From Bradymonadia bacterium (GTDB lineage Bacteria; Myxococcota_A; Bradymonadia; UBA7976; UBA1532), in the NCBI GenBank assembly GCA_046290225.1, contig JBKAGE010000035.1, positions 224,001 through 288,000 of the forward strand: DNA of 64,000 bases. Reading direction: 5' to 3'. Below the pieces are notes generated by a model. It was not told the DNA's origin. It saw nothing but the letters and a program-made list of their open reading frames with translations, and ran no database searches. Position 1 is the first letter of the stretch. Each line of letters begins with the position of its first letter. This document shows, piece by piece, positions 43,301-52,317 of the stretch. A program made the position numbers and the translations under genes.

Positions 43301-43824
43301 AGCATTGGGGCCTCGAGCGCGGTGATGTCGACATCTGGATGGGCACTCTGAGCAAGAGTCTGAGCGCCATGGGCGGCTGGATCGCCGGCAGCAACGCCCT
43401 GGTAGAGTACCTGCGTTACACCACCCCGGGCTTCGTCTTCGCCGCTGGCCTGCCCCCGACGCTGGGCGTGGCGGCGCTCACCTCGCTGCAGCTCATGGCC
43501 CAGGAGCCCGAGCGCGTGCAGCAGCTGCAGCGCAATGGCAAAACCTTCGTTCAGGCCCTCACCGAGCGGGGCATCGACGTGGGCCCCGCCCGAGGCGAGT
43601 CACCGGTGGTGCCGGTCATCACTGGCAACTCGCTGCATGCGATGCACCTCGCCGCCCGTCTGCTCGAAGACGGCATCAACGCCCGGCCCATCGTGTACCC
43701 CGCCGTGGCGGACGACGCAGCCCGGCTGCGGTTCTTCCTGTGCAACCTGCACACGCCCGAAGAGCTGGTCCACACCGCAGAGCGCGTAGCCCATCACCTG
43801 CAGCAAATCCGCAGCGAGATCTGA
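37312..43824 (+). CDS. Type I PKS (KS-AT-ACP-KR-DH) fused to a PLP-dependent alpha-oxoamine synthase
   Basis: KS: DAACASSL, HGTGT, NVGH; AT: GHSVG, HGFHS; ACP: GFDSL; KR: ITGG, YAAAN; DH: HPYLHDHAIGGVPVLP; oxoamine synthase: SYNYLG, SMDGD, DEAHS, GTLSKS. Confidence 0.93.
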   Translation: MHTTTPIAIVGIGCRFAGAQDLHAYADQMLAGVDGFGPIPADRWTHDGFFDRNPRKADKAYTTRGGFIDDIKSFPAVALQIPPRRLEVMDPQQRLILEVSLQAVADAGMHTSALPKRTGVYVGVTAVEFRTLMASRILAQMMAQGDLGDGMVDPSALAAAIDRVIPPRPFTAPGVLSNMIAATVAQELGLKGPAFTMDAACASSLLAVAQAVTGLRAGLTDVALAGGVYLCLTPEHHVAFSRIGAISPSGRCLPFDARADGFVQGDGAGMVMLKRLDDAEAAGDRIYGIIEGIAVNNDGGGEGPMAPVQSGQMDVIEMAWADAGLSASNLGYVETHGTGTAVGDKTEFAALMQTLGGDVQQAALGSAKANVGHTMSAAGVAGLIRATLALSREVVPPMAHFEGAKAELGLDDSPFFVPTAQQAWSGADRLAAVSSFGFGGTNVHAVVRSANGGSMAAHGAPAPTPQLELVCISAPDEVSLQTLAGRTADALEADPSLTVAGVARAWQVRRAQPARLALVADNRETLVAQLRAAQAGEHADGTTAALAPETPPKIAGLYPGQGAQQIGMLRALKDRFPIIADALAEADSVASEVCTRPISELLYPELRAETIDDEAAQAELTNTRNAQPALIAVGHALTALLDQVGVQLDVVAGHSVGEFTAAVTAEVLPFESGLRWVAARGAAMADHEGDPGAMVALHVPAERAEALLVEVLPVGHDHHGEAIVANHNHPRQVVVSGTTPAVAVITEAAKAAGMRATPLQVSHGFHSPVFADLDLSAVVDGLPLADPQIPLASCIQDHPYADADEARAVFKAHATSPVRFVDTLKQCQQAGAELFLQVGVGGPLASFTRGTLEAGSHKGVLTLSSHKEHLSVGALLLTLGKLWVAGVPVNTAPITGSAPVASVPPEVLPRTWHWGVKREGNGRTTLVGLQSEAKAQTTAQPKTTTSSLAAEKPAASPATAPAPQVDVPAESSAQAASAESVILSTVAQVSAYPLAALKVEMRLMEDLGFDSLMLVDLGEQLVKAIDGLDGLPQELFVNQPRIQDLIDYVTAQGDSNAEANTSTADEAPAHIDDHDPLSRFRPHWVEAPLPTSTTPWPEGLKVAIAGPGVSAAGVRSALQQRGNALVSPSECDVLVWCADGVDQPHLALVVDGDDPAPDPAAALLSTLKTLDSNSHRPDVMVLRDAEDFWAEGLTGVIRALAREWPESRCQSLRFDAGLSAEARVEIFTQAAVSADATVDALFTPTGRFIADLAPAPETAEPFAPTKWGWTVITGGMRSVGLAIAQRLLDAGGMVALVGRKGPSSEAEDLWHTHGERVAFVKADVLDKKGIALALERWHGRVHTMVHCAGVLADGAVGQVSLEAGRSVRAVKTQGWLNSLAACGRGLKRTVAIGSWAGRFGNRHQLHYAAANAQMAAIAEHLPIPAVVSEFGPWTDSTMGQTLSEGVKATMRASGVDFVGTEAGVNAVLADLADPIGVSLRARRVPQRDRRVQQRVPLSVAAHPYLHDHAIGGVPVLPMASVVDLIAWSSAVQGPFEVSNVRLFRGVTVTEDTHLTVQVNGDAARVTGPEDTLHYTATVRPVLDLPTWAAVDATGPVGVDLDTFYRDVTFHGPMLRGLVAAEGAGPDVIRGRVKTGRPSDWMPDTARDRWSVDPLALDSAFQLAAVAAWVQFQRGGTPIALERLVQIAPLPAGEIWAEVRLKSHTGDQFTADVALLDASGALLLLAEGLKAELRAIEAPDQGHDPAPQAPETPATEAPAAEAMELKPEWTDFAEAPEYKDLRMRLDMVGALGLKNPYFDVHQGTARSHSLIDGRDCLNYSSYNYLGYSGDPRVLDAVEAAMRTYGTSVSASRVASGERPFHGELERGLAAAQNADAAVVMGSGHATNVTTIGHLFGSKDLILHDELIHDSCLQGIKLSGAARRSYRHEDPEHLESQLKMLRPHYERVLILTEGVYSMDGDISNTPAFVALKRKYGCLLMVDEAHSFGTVGATGRGVGEHWGLERGDVDIWMGTLSKSLSAMGGWIAGSNALVEYLRYTTPGFVFAAGLPPTLGVAALTSLQLMAQEPERVQQLQRNGKTFVQALTERGIDVGPARGESPVVPVITGNSLHAMHLAARLLEDGINARPIVYPAVADDAARLRFFLCNLHTPEELVHTAERVAHHLQQIRSEI

Positions 43825-43828
43825 CCGC

Positions 43829-45121
43829 TCAGCGCGCCGTCAAACCTTCGAGGGTTCGGGCCAGGAGCCCGGCGGTGTGGGGCGCGGAGAACTGATCCAC
43901 GGCGTCCCCCTTAGGGGTCACCGCCGGCCTGCCCTCCACAGCAGCAGCGAGCACCTTCCGCAGCGCGTCGCACACCGCGGCCACGTCATCAGGGGCTGCC
44001 ACAAACCCCGTGCCTGTATCTTCCACCATGCCCCGCAGCTCGGAGCTGCCGGAGAGACACAGGATCGGCGCTCCAGACAAGAAGTAGTCGAAGGTCTTCG
44101 CCGGCACGTACAAGGTCTCGCCACCATAGGCCAGCAGCAGCTGAAGCGGAGCCTTCGCCAGGCGGGTGATGCCCTCGGCATAAGGCACGTACGGCTCCCA
44201 GTGCAGCATGGACTGCAGACCCAGATCAGCGAGCAGGTCCAAGTCGGTCTGCGCCGGACGCCCCAGGTTCACCAGCCGCAAGCGCTCCGCGCCTGGGCAC
44301 TGCTCATCTCGGAGACGGGCGACGGCTCGAATGACCGTCGCCAGCTTCCGGGGCCCATAACAATTGCCGAAGTGGATCAGATCGATGGGCCCGTCAGGGT
44401 CGATGTGCACCCCTCGCGGCGGCGCCAGCGCCGGATCGAAGCTGTTGTAGATGGTGCGGATGTGGCCCTCGGGCAAGCCTGGGTACAGCTGGCGGTAAGC
44501 CTCAGCGGCGTGCTCACACGTGAGCAGCACCTGATCAGCTGCGGCGAAGTAGCGTGACTCGAGGCGCGCCTCCACCGCCCGCGTCCAGTTGGGTTTACGC
44601 AGTTGGTTGAAGTTGAGCGACCACGGATCGCGCAGGTCGAGGCACACCGGCAGGCCGGTCATCTTCTTGGCGGCGATGCCCAGCCGCAGCATGTAGTAGG
44701 GGCTCGACGTAGAGAAGATGACCTCGGGCTGCCAGCGATCCACCGCCTCGCGGATCTGGCGCAACATCCAGCGCTGAATCCAGGCCTGAGAGTTCAGCGG
44801 CAGCTGAAACTGCCCCGTCACGGTCTTCACCAGTGACTTCTTCTGCTCCGGGCGATCGGTGGTGGGCTGAGCGGTCGTGCCATCGCTGGGCCGGCCCTTG
44901 GGCTCAGGCCACCACCCAGGCAGCAGGTTGCGCTGGAGCACCACCGAGTCGGGCAAGGGATGGGGCGTAGAGTCCGCCCGCTCCGGAGAGGGCTCCGGGC
45001 CGGTGATCACCACGGGGCGCCACCCATGCTCGGGCAGATACCGGGCAAACCGATAAGGCCGCTTCCCGCCCACCGCGAAGGAGGGGGGAAAGTGCTCTGC
45101 CAGCATCAATACGGTCCTCAT
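43829..45121 (-). CDS. GT-B (GT4-like) glycosyltransferase
   Basis: HFPP..GGKR, STSSPY, DLRDPW, PAKTFDY. Confidence 0.82.
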   Translation of the reverse strand: MRTVLMLAEHFPPSFAVGGKRPYRFARYLPEHGWRPVVITGPEPSPERADSTPHPLPDSVVLQRNLLPGWWPEPKGRPSDGTTAQPTTDRPEQKKSLVKTVTGQFQLPLNSQAWIQRWMLRQIREAVDRWQPEVIFSTSSPYYMLRLGIAAKKMTGLPVCLDLRDPWSLNFNQLRKPNWTRAVEARLESRYFAAADQVLLTCEHAAEAYRQLYPGLPEGHIRTIYNSFDPALAPPRGVHIDPDGPIDLIHFGNCYGPRKLATVIRAVARLRDEQCPGAERLRLVNLGRPAQTDLDLLADLGLQSMLHWEPYVPYAEGITRLAKAPLQLLLAYGGETLYVPAKTFDYFLSGAPILCLSGSSELRGMVEDTGTGFVAAPDDVAAVCDALRKVLAAAVEGRPAVTPKGDAVDQFSAPHTAGLLARTLEGLTAR

Positions 45122-45294
45122 GCGTATGCCTCTGCGCGCCTCTGTGATGTCGTCCGGCGCAGCTTGACGACTTTGAAGATTACGTACAACACGCTTGTCG
45201 ATCTCCCAGACCGCGCGGGCGGTTGCTCACACCAGACACGGTGCTTAGAGTGCCTCTCAACGCCAGCCCGCGCTCAAAGCTCCGAGGTCGTCCA

Positions 45295-46047
45295 GTGCCG
45301 CTCCCGCTCATCTCCGCCATCATCCCCATCCGCAACCGCAGCAGCGATCGACTGGAGAACTGCCTGAGGGCGCTCCGATGGCAGGATCTGCCAGACGATC
45401 AATACGAAGTGATATTGAGTGATTTTGGCTCCAGCCCCGAGGAGGCCCGCCTGCTCCTCGAGATGGCCGAGCGCCACGGCGCCAGAGTGGTGCGCACCGA
45501 CACCGACGAGGTCTGGAACCGCTCCCGGGCCCTGAACTACGGCATCCGCGCCGCCCGGGGCGACTTCGTGTTCTGCACGGACGCCGACATGATCTTCGCG
45601 CCGAACTTCCTGAGCACGCTCCTGAGCACGCAACAGGCGAACGCGGATCAGGCCTTCGTGGTGTGCCGCTGCCGGGATCTCCCCGAGTCAGTGCCGGAGC
45701 AGCCCTGGCGGTTCGAGGATTTTCCGGATCTGCTGAGCAAGGCGGACTTCAGAGAGAAGCTGGGCACTGGGGCCTGCCAGATGGCAAAACGCAGCTTCTT
45801 CAACGACATCCGCGGTTACGACGAAGGCTTCAAGTTCTGGGGCATGGAAGACAACGACATGAAGTTCCGCGCCACCCGCTCGGGGCTCTCACTGATCTGG
45901 GTGCACGAGCAGACGTCAATGCTGCACCAGTGGCACCCCTCGGATCGCGGCAAGCGCCCGTTCCGGAAGTTCCTCAACGACGTACGGTTCCACGTGAGCA
46001 AATACCGCCGTCGCAAGAACCTGGTGCGCTGGGGCGGCCAGCCATAG
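45295..46047 (+). CDS. GT2-family glycosyltransferase
   Basis: ISAIIPIRN, DFGS, SRALNYG, DADM (DXD), GYDEGF..WGMEDND, HQWH; GTG start at 45295 inferred from a GAGG RBS. Confidence 0.88.
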   Translation: MPLPLISAIIPIRNRSSDRLENCLRALRWQDLPDDQYEVILSDFGSSPEEARLLLEMAERHGARVVRTDTDEVWNRSRALNYGIRAARGDFVFCTDADMIFAPNFLSTLLSTQQANADQAFVVCRCRDLPESVPEQPWRFEDFPDLLSKADFREKLGTGACQMAKRSFFNDIRGYDEGFKFWGMEDNDMKFRATRSGLSLIWVHEQTSMLHQWHPSDRGKRPFRKFLNDVRFHVSKYRRRKNLVRWGGQP

Positions 46048-46065
46048 AGGCCCAGCCATTCCCCT

Positions 46066-47706
46066 TCAGCCCTGAGACTTCAAAAACTTCAACCGCACCC
46101 ACCCCAAACCAAAGGCCAGGTCAGCTGACGAAATCAGCCCCGTCACCCGGCCGATGAGGGTGAACATCGGGATGATGATGATCGCATAGGCCACCAGGCC
46201 CACCAGCGGGTGCAACAGATCAGCATTCTTGAGCAGCACCGCGGGGATCGCCGCCGCTGAAGCCGCCAGCACCACCTTGAGCCAGATGAAGACCGGGAAG
46301 GTGTGCGTAAAAGGCACCTTGAGGGCATCAGCGATGTAGTAGCAGTACACCGCCACCATGGGGATGAAGGCCAGCAGGGTGCCCAGAGCGGGGCCGATGA
46401 AGCCCAGCCAGAGGGCCAGGGGGATCGTGAGCACCAGGTTCGAAACCAGGGCGAAGGAAGACGCCTTGAACAGGAGCGGTGAGCGACCTGCGGCGAGGAT
46501 CAGCACCCCGAAGCTGGCCACCCGGCCCATCGTGTAGATCACGTAGATGCGGAACACCTGGGCCGCGCCCAGGTAGTCATCCGTGAAGGCCACCCGAATG
46601 AACTCCTCCGCGCCGACGACGAAGATCATGCAGATGGGGATGATGATGAGCGAGACCTTGTGGATCGACTCTCGCCAGAGGTCGATGACCGTCATCGGCT
46701 GCTCCGCTTTGATCAGCTCGACGAAGCGGGGCATGTAGACGTGGCCGACGCTGTAGGCGATGGCCGTGATGGGCAGCTGCCAGGCCCCGGCGCGGTACTC
46801 TGCGAACAGCTGCGCCGACATCAGCAGCAAGATGGCGTAGCGGTCGATGGCGGCGTTGAGGTTGTTGATGATGTCCGTCAGGCCCAGCGGGTAGGCGAAG
46901 CGGGCCATCTCGCCGAGGCTGACCTCCGAGGGCACGTGAGCCACCCCACGGTATTGCTGCATGAACACGCGGCCGATCCAGGCACCCTGGATCAGCGAGA
47001 ACAAGGTGAGCCCACCCACGATGCCCGGCACGCCCAGGCCCAGGGCCGCGGGGATCACCATGCCGGCGCTCATCCCGATGGCCCGCAGGACCCCGAAGGT
47101 GGCCGCCTTGCTGGCGCGGTTCTCGGCGATCAGGAAGTTCGGGAACACCCGGGCCAGCACGTCGAGCACGGGGAAGGCCACGAAATACTTCAAATAACTG
47201 AGATCAGCCCGCTCTCCCTGCGGATCATCCGAGACCCATTGCCCGAAGGCGTCGAGCACATCGTTCCCGACGAGGCCCACGACATAGAGCACCACCCCGA
47301 TGATCACCCCCAGGCCCATCACCGCGCCGAACAGTCGCCGGGAGATGGCGAAGCGCGCCTCTGCGTCGCGGCCCGCCAGGAAGAACAGGATGGCCGCGGG
47401 GAAGCCCGCGGTGAGCACCACCGAGAGGGTGGTGTAGATGAGCATCAGGCCCGTGAAGGCGCCGAAGTCGGCTTTGCCCAGCAAGCGCACAATGACGAAG
47501 GGCATGATGGCCTCTGCCACCATGGCCATGAACCGACCAAAGACCAGGATGCTCGCGTCGCGGACCTCATTGCGCTCCGAGGTGGGCTCTTGTTGCGCGT
47601 CTGGCTGATCTTCGGGCTGCTCTGCAGGCCGCTCTTCAGATGTGTCTTCTGGGGGGTTGGACATGAGGCGGGCCGAGCTCTGCGTGGGTCTTGGGGTGGC
47701 CATCAA
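46066..47706 (-). CDS. Wzx-like oligosaccharide flippase (MOP superfamily); start uncertain
   Basis: Many transmembrane helices; RLLGKADFG and ID..AI..L..A.Y patterns. Confidence 0.85.
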   Translation of the reverse strand: MMATPRPTQSSARLMSNPPEDTSEERPAEQPEDQPDAQQEPTSERNEVRDASILVFGRFMAMVAEAIMPFVIVRLLGKADFGAFTGLMLIYTTLSVVLTAGFPAAILFFLAGRDAEARFAISRRLFGAVMGLGVIIGVVLYVVGLVGNDVLDAFGQWVSDDPQGERADLSYLKYFVAFPVLDVLARVFPNFLIAENRASKAATFGVLRAIGMSAGMVIPAALGLGVPGIVGGLTLFSLIQGAWIGRVFMQQYRGVAHVPSEVSLGEMARFAYPLGLTDIINNLNAAIDRYAILLLMSAQLFAEYRAGAWQLPITAIAYSVGHVYMPRFVELIKAEQPMTVIDLWRESIHKVSLIIIPICMIFVVGAEEFIRVAFTDDYLGAAQVFRIYVIYTMGRVASFGVLILAAGRSPLLFKASSFALVSNLVLTIPLALWLGFIGPALGTLLAFIPMVAVYCYYIADALKVPFTHTFPVFIWLKVVLAASAAAIPAVLLKNADLLHPLVGLVAYAIIIIPMFTLIGRVTGLISSADLAFGLGWVRLKFLKSQG

Positions 47707-47803
47707 TGGCCCGAGTCGACCGCGGCGTCAAGGGGGCCAACCCGGGGCAATCGCCCTTTGATGGCTGTGATATGGTGAGTCTTCACCTTAATTTCAGAGC
47801 GCC

Positions 47804-48967
47804 ATGATCGACCCACGACCCATCATCGACGAGATCCACGAGCATCTGCGGGCGCTGGGCGCCAAAAAAGTGGTGCTCTATGGCTACACCCGACGCGATC
47901 ACACCCATCACTGGGTCATGGCCGCCATCCATCGCGCCTTCGAGCTGATCCTCGCCGACACACCGGAGATCTCTCTGCACTGGGTGGACAACCGCAGCCG
48001 CGGGCTGATGCGCACCCTCGAAGATGCCGTGGTCTTCGGCAACATCAACGCCGACAAGGTGCACTGGGCCATGCCCCTGGTGCCCAGCGCCCACTACATC
48101 CTGCACAACCACGCCCCCAAGGATCTCACCGTCGACCCCTTCGCCGAGTACATCGAGGCCGGTCGGTGCGTGTTCTACGACGTCTTCCGCGGGCGGCCCG
48201 AAGGTGACTATGTGCCGGTGGAGGGCGAGCCGTGTCACTACACCTCGCTCTCAGAGGCCAACCTCACGATCACCTGGGCCACCGATCTGCTCCCCGGCGA
48301 GATCGCCGAGAACGCTGAGCGGGTCAAAGGCCTGAGCAGCGACGCTGATCGCCGTGAGGTGGTGTTCGTGGGCTCACTCTGGCGAGCCAACGCCGACGAG
48401 ATGGTGGAGCTGGCCCAGCACACAGTCGATCGGGGCCTCGTGTTCACCCACTACGGCCGCCAGCTGCTCCAGGCCCCGTGGCCCGAGCACGCGGACGTCA
48501 AGGTGCACACCGGCTCGGTCTCCTTCGAGGAGAACATGCGGCTGGTCCGCGAGGGCAAGATCGCCCCTGCGCTCCAAGGGCTACATCAGCTGAAGAACCC
48601 CACCGAGGTGGGCAACTACGTGCCTTGCCGCATCTTCAAGAACATCAGCTACGGCGCCTGGGGGGTGAGCAACAACCCCACCGTCGCCACGCTCTTCGAT
48701 GACGAGCTGATCTGCGAGGCCGACATCGGCGCCATGCTCGACGCCGCCCTCACCGCCATCACCGACCGACCTCAGCGCACGGCGCTGCTGCCCATGATGG
48801 CCCACGTCGCCGCACACCACACCTACCTCAACCGCCTGCGCCTCATGCTCAGCTTCGCCCACGCACGGCGAGACTCGGTGGGCATGCGCACGCCCCCTGC
48901 ACCCAAAAAGGCCGACCAGCTGCGCTGGATGGGCAAGCACACTGTCTCTCGCATCTTGCGGCGCTGA
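47804..48967 (+). CDS. Glycosyltransferase-like protein (GT-B C-terminal domain)
   Basis: VVFVGS, CRIFKNISYG, HHTYLNRL; glycan gene context. Confidence 0.65.
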   Translation: MIDPRPIIDEIHEHLRALGAKKVVLYGYTRRDHTHHWVMAAIHRAFELILADTPEISLHWVDNRSRGLMRTLEDAVVFGNINADKVHWAMPLVPSAHYILHNHAPKDLTVDPFAEYIEAGRCVFYDVFRGRPEGDYVPVEGEPCHYTSLSEANLTITWATDLLPGEIAENAERVKGLSSDADRREVVFVGSLWRANADEMVELAQHTVDRGLVFTHYGRQLLQAPWPEHADVKVHTGSVSFEENMRLVREGKIAPALQGLHQLKNPTEVGNYVPCRIFKNISYGAWGVSNNPTVATLFDDELICEADIGAMLDAALTAITDRPQRTALLPMMAHVAAHHTYLNRLRLMLSFAHARRDSVGMRTPPAPKKADQLRWMGKHTVSRILRR

Positions 48968-49058
48968 TCTTCGCCACGTGACAGCGATTGATTGAGCCTC
49001 AAGAAGTTCGGCGCGCCACCCGATGGCAAAGCATTGCCCCGCCGGATAACGAAGGCAG

Positions 49059-50120
49059 ATGACGCGGATTTTGATCACAGGCGGCAGCGGCTTCATCGGG
49101 TCGAATTTTCTGAACCTGATGGTGCCTCGACATCCGGACGACGTCTTCCTCAACGTCGACGCGCTGACCTACGCCGGGAACCCCCAGAGCCTGTCGGCCC
49201 TCGAGGGCCGTGAGAACTATCACTTCACTCGGGCCGACATCGCCGACGCCGCCGCCGTGGAGTCGATCTTCACCGAGTTCCAGCCCGACTGGGTCTTCCA
49301 CTTCGCCGCCGAGAGCCACGTCGACCGCTCCATCACCGCCCCTGGCGCCTTCATCCAGACCAACATCGTGGGCACCTTCACCCTGCTCGACGCCTGTCGT
49401 CGCCATTGGCGTGATCTCACGGGCAAAGTGTTCCATCACGTGAGCACCGACGAGGTCTATGGATCCCTCGGCGCCGAAGGCCGGTTCGACGAAGACACCC
49501 CGTACGATCCCAGCAGCCCCTACTCCGCCTCGAAGGCCGGCAGCGATCACCTCGTCCGCGCGTGGCATCGCACGTATGGCTTGCCGATCCGCATCACCAA
49601 CTGCTCGAACAACTACGGGCCCTACCAGTTCCCCGAGAAGCTGATCCCGCTGATGGTGCTCAACGCCCTCGAGGGCAAGCCTCTGCCGGTCTACGGAGAC
49701 GGGGGCCACGTACGTGACTGGCTCTACGTGCTTGATCACTGCGAGGCGATCTGGGCGGTGGCCGAGCGGGGCCGCGACGGAGAGACCTACACCATCGGCG
49801 GCGACAGCGAGCGCACCAACCTGCAGGTGGTGCACGCCATCTGTGATGCCGTGGCCCGACACGCCATGGGGGATCCCGATGACTTCCGAGGGCTCGTCAC
49901 CTTCGTCGCCGATCGGCCGGGCCACGACTTCCGCTACGCCATCGACAGCGACAAGATCACAACCGAGCTGGGCTGGTCCCCCACGATGACTTTCGAAGAT
50001 GGCCTCGATCTCACAGTGGAGTGGTACCTGAGCAACGAGGCCTGGGTAGAACAGGTCCGCACCGGAGCGTATCGGGACTGGATCGAGCGCAACTACGCCA
50101 GGCGAGGCGACCGCCCATGA
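49059..50120 (+). CDS. rmlB: dTDP-glucose 4,6-dehydratase
   Basis: [50 protein letters not shown]. Confidence 0.97.
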   Translation: MTRILITGGSGFIGSNFLNLMVPRHPDDVFLNVDALTYAGNPQSLSALEGRENYHFTRADIADAAAVESIFTEFQPDWVFHFAAESHVDRSITAPGAFIQTNIVGTFTLLDACRRHWRDLTGKVFHHVSTDEVYGSLGAEGRFDEDTPYDPSSPYSASKAGSDHLVRAWHRTYGLPIRITNCSNNYGPYQFPEKLIPLMVLNALEGKPLPVYGDGGHVRDWLYVLDHCEAIWAVAERGRDGETYTIGGDSERTNLQVVHAICDAVARHAMGDPDDFRGLVTFVADRPGHDFRYAIDSDKITTELGWSPTMTFEDGLDLTVEWYLSNEAWVEQVRTGAYRDWIERNYARRGDRP

Positions 50121-50998
50121 GCAAGATTCAAAAGGGCATCGTGCTCGCCGGGGGATCAGGCACCCGCCTGCACCCCATCACGCTGGCGACGAGCAAGCAG
50201 CTGGTGCCGGTCTACAACAAGCCAATGATCTACTACCCGCTCACCACGCTGATGCTGGCGGGTCTGCGCGAGGTGTTGATCATCACCACCCCCCACGACC
50301 AGCAGGCCTTCCAGCGCCTGCTCGGTGACGGCCGCCAGTGGGGCATGCGCATCGAGTACGCTGTGCAGCCGAGCCCCGACGGCCTCGCCCAGGCGTTCAT
50401 CATCGGCGAAGACTTCATCGGCGGCGAAGGCTGCGCCCTGGTCCTCGGCGACAACATCTTCTACGGCCAGGGCCTCTCAGCCATGGTGCAGCGCGCCGCA
50501 GATCGACCAGAGGGAGCCACGGTCTTCGCCTATCCCGTGGAGAACCCCAGGGCATACGGCGTGGTGACCTTCGATACCTCTGGTCAGGCCATCGCCCTCG
50601 ACGAGAAGCCCGCCCAGCCCCGCTCGAAGTACGCCGTCACTGGGCTCTACTTCTACGACGACTCGGTGGTGCAGCTGGCCAGAACACTGCGGCCCTCTGA
50701 TCGAGGAGAGCTGGAGATCACTGATCTCAACCGCCTCTACCTCGAACGCAGGGCCCTCAACGTCGAGCAGCTCGGCCGAGGCTACGCATGGCTCGACACG
50801 GGATCACCCGAGGCGATGATGCTCGCCGCCCAGTTCGTGCAGTCGGTGGAGAGCCGCCAGGGCTTCTTGATCGCCAGCCCGGAAGAGATCGCCTGGCGAA
50901 AAGGCTGGATCTCCACGGCGCAGCTGGAGTCCCTGGCGATGCCATTGCTCAAGACGGATTACGGCAGAGCCCTCATGGCCCTGGCGGAGGGGGCCTGA
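50117..50998 (+). CDS. rmlA: Glucose-1-phosphate thymidylyltransferase
   Basis: [41 protein letters not shown] overlap at 50117. Confidence 0.97.
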   Translation: MSKIQKGIVLAGGSGTRLHPITLATSKQLVPVYNKPMIYYPLTTLMLAGLREVLIITTPHDQQAFQRLLGDGRQWGMRIEYAVQPSPDGLAQAFIIGEDFIGGEGCALVLGDNIFYGQGLSAMVQRAADRPEGATVFAYPVENPRAYGVVTFDTSGQAIALDEKPAQPRSKYAVTGLYFYDDSVVQLARTLRPSDRGELEITDLNRLYLERRALNVEQLGRGYAWLDTGSPEAMMLAAQFVQSVESRQGFLIASPEEIAWRKGWISTAQLESLAMPLLKTDYGRALMALAEGA

Positions 50999-51600
50999 TG
51001 CAGGTCAAGCCCATGCGTTTACCCGGTGTGCAGCTGATTGTACCCCGCATCTTCGGCGACGAGCGGGGCAGCTTCGCCGAGGTCTGGCACTCTGCTGGCT
51101 ACGGCAAGATGGGCGTGCCGGCCTCTGGCGAGTCCTTCGTGCAGGACAACCTCTCAGTCTCTCGCAAGGGGGTGCTCCGGGGTCTGCACCTGCAGCACCC
51201 GAACGGTCAGGGCAAGCTGGTGAGCGTGCTGAGCGGTCGCATCTTCGACGTCGTCGCCGACGTGCGCCTCGACTCACCGACGTACGGCGAGTGGCTGGGG
51301 GTGCACCTCGACGGCGTGAGCCGCCACCAGCTCTATGTGCCCTCGGGCTACGCCCACGGCTTCCTGGCCCTCGAGGACGACACGGTGGTGCAATACAAGT
51401 GCACGGCTTTTTACAGCCCCGGCGACGAGCTCTCGGTCATCTGGAATGATCCGACGCTGGGCATCGACTGGCCGATCTCTGATCCGATTCAGTCTGTGAA
51501 AGACGCTGCAGCCTCAAAGTTGACCGAGATCGACCCCGCCCGGCTGCCCACCCTGGCCAGCTCAGTGCCTCTCACGCCTGTAGAGCTTCAGACCGCCTGA
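50998..51600 (+). CDS. rmlC: dTDP-4-dehydrorhamnose 3,5-epimerase
   Basis: FGDERGSF, FVQDN, GVLRGLH, QGKLV, GYAHGF, WNDP. Confidence 0.96.
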   Translation: MQVKPMRLPGVQLIVPRIFGDERGSFAEVWHSAGYGKMGVPASGESFVQDNLSVSRKGVLRGLHLQHPNGQGKLVSVLSGRIFDVVADVRLDSPTYGEWLGVHLDGVSRHQLYVPSGYAHGFLALEDDTVVQYKCTAFYSPGDELSVIWNDPTLGIDWPISDPIQSVKDAAASKLTEIDPARLPTLASSVPLTPVELQTA

Positions 51601-52238
51601 TCGCCCACGAAGGGGTTCGTCTTCCGCTCGTGGCCGAAGGTCGAAGTGGGCCCGTGCCCGCAGATGAAGGTGATGTCGTCCCCCAGCGGGAACAGCCGAT
51701 CCCGAATACTCGACTTCAAGTCTTCGAAGTTCCCCCGAGGAAAGTCGGTGCGGCCGATGCTGCCCTTGAAGAGCACGTCGCCGACGACGGCCAGCTTCGC
51801 CTCGGGCTGCACGAAGACCACGTGCCCTGGGGTGTGCCCCGGGCAGTGGAACACCTGGAACTCCACCTCGCCGACCTGCACCGTGTCGCCCTGATCCAGC
51901 CACCGCGTCGGCGTAAAGGCCTCTGCGTGCCCAAAGCCAAAGCGGGAGGCCTGCATGGGCAGCAGATCGATCCAGAACTGGTCTTCTTTGTGAGGGCCGA
52001 TGACATCGACACCCGACTTGCGCTGCAGCTCGGCGGTGGCGCCGGCATGATCCAGGTGAGCGTGGGTGATCCAGATGGCGCTCAGCGTGCCACCCATCTC
52101 TTCGATGGCCGCCTCGACCCGGTCGAGATCGCCACCCGGGTCGATGACCACGCACTGGTTGGTGGCGGTGCACTGGATGACGCTGCAGTTTTGTTGAAAT
52201 GGGGTCACGGGGACGATGGCGAGTTTGAGTGCGGACAT
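51588..52238 (-). CDS. MBL-fold hydrolase (YcbL/GloC-like)
   Basis: THAHLDH, PGHTPGH, GDVLF, GRTDFP, GHG. Confidence 0.92.
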   Translation of the reverse strand: MSALKLAIVPVTPFQQNCSVIQCTATNQCVVIDPGGDLDRVEAAIEEMGGTLSAIWITHAHLDHAGATAELQRKSGVDVIGPHKEDQFWIDLLPMQASRFGFGHAEAFTPTRWLDQGDTVQVGEVEFQVFHCPGHTPGHVVFVQPEAKLAVVGDVLFKGSIGRTDFPRGNFEDLKSSIRDRLFPLGDDITFICGHGPTSTFGHERKTNPFVGDQAV

Positions 52239-52317
52239 GAGGGTGCTCGAAGATGGCCTGTTCAGGGGGGCATTCTCTCACACCACGCGTGTGCAGGCAC
52301 TTCGAGATATGGCTTGG

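Noticed and set aside
42600..43824. bioF (biotin synthesis)
   Set aside because: The domain is fused in frame to a PKS in a lipid and glycan context with no other bio genes. The family is right but the function is probably different.
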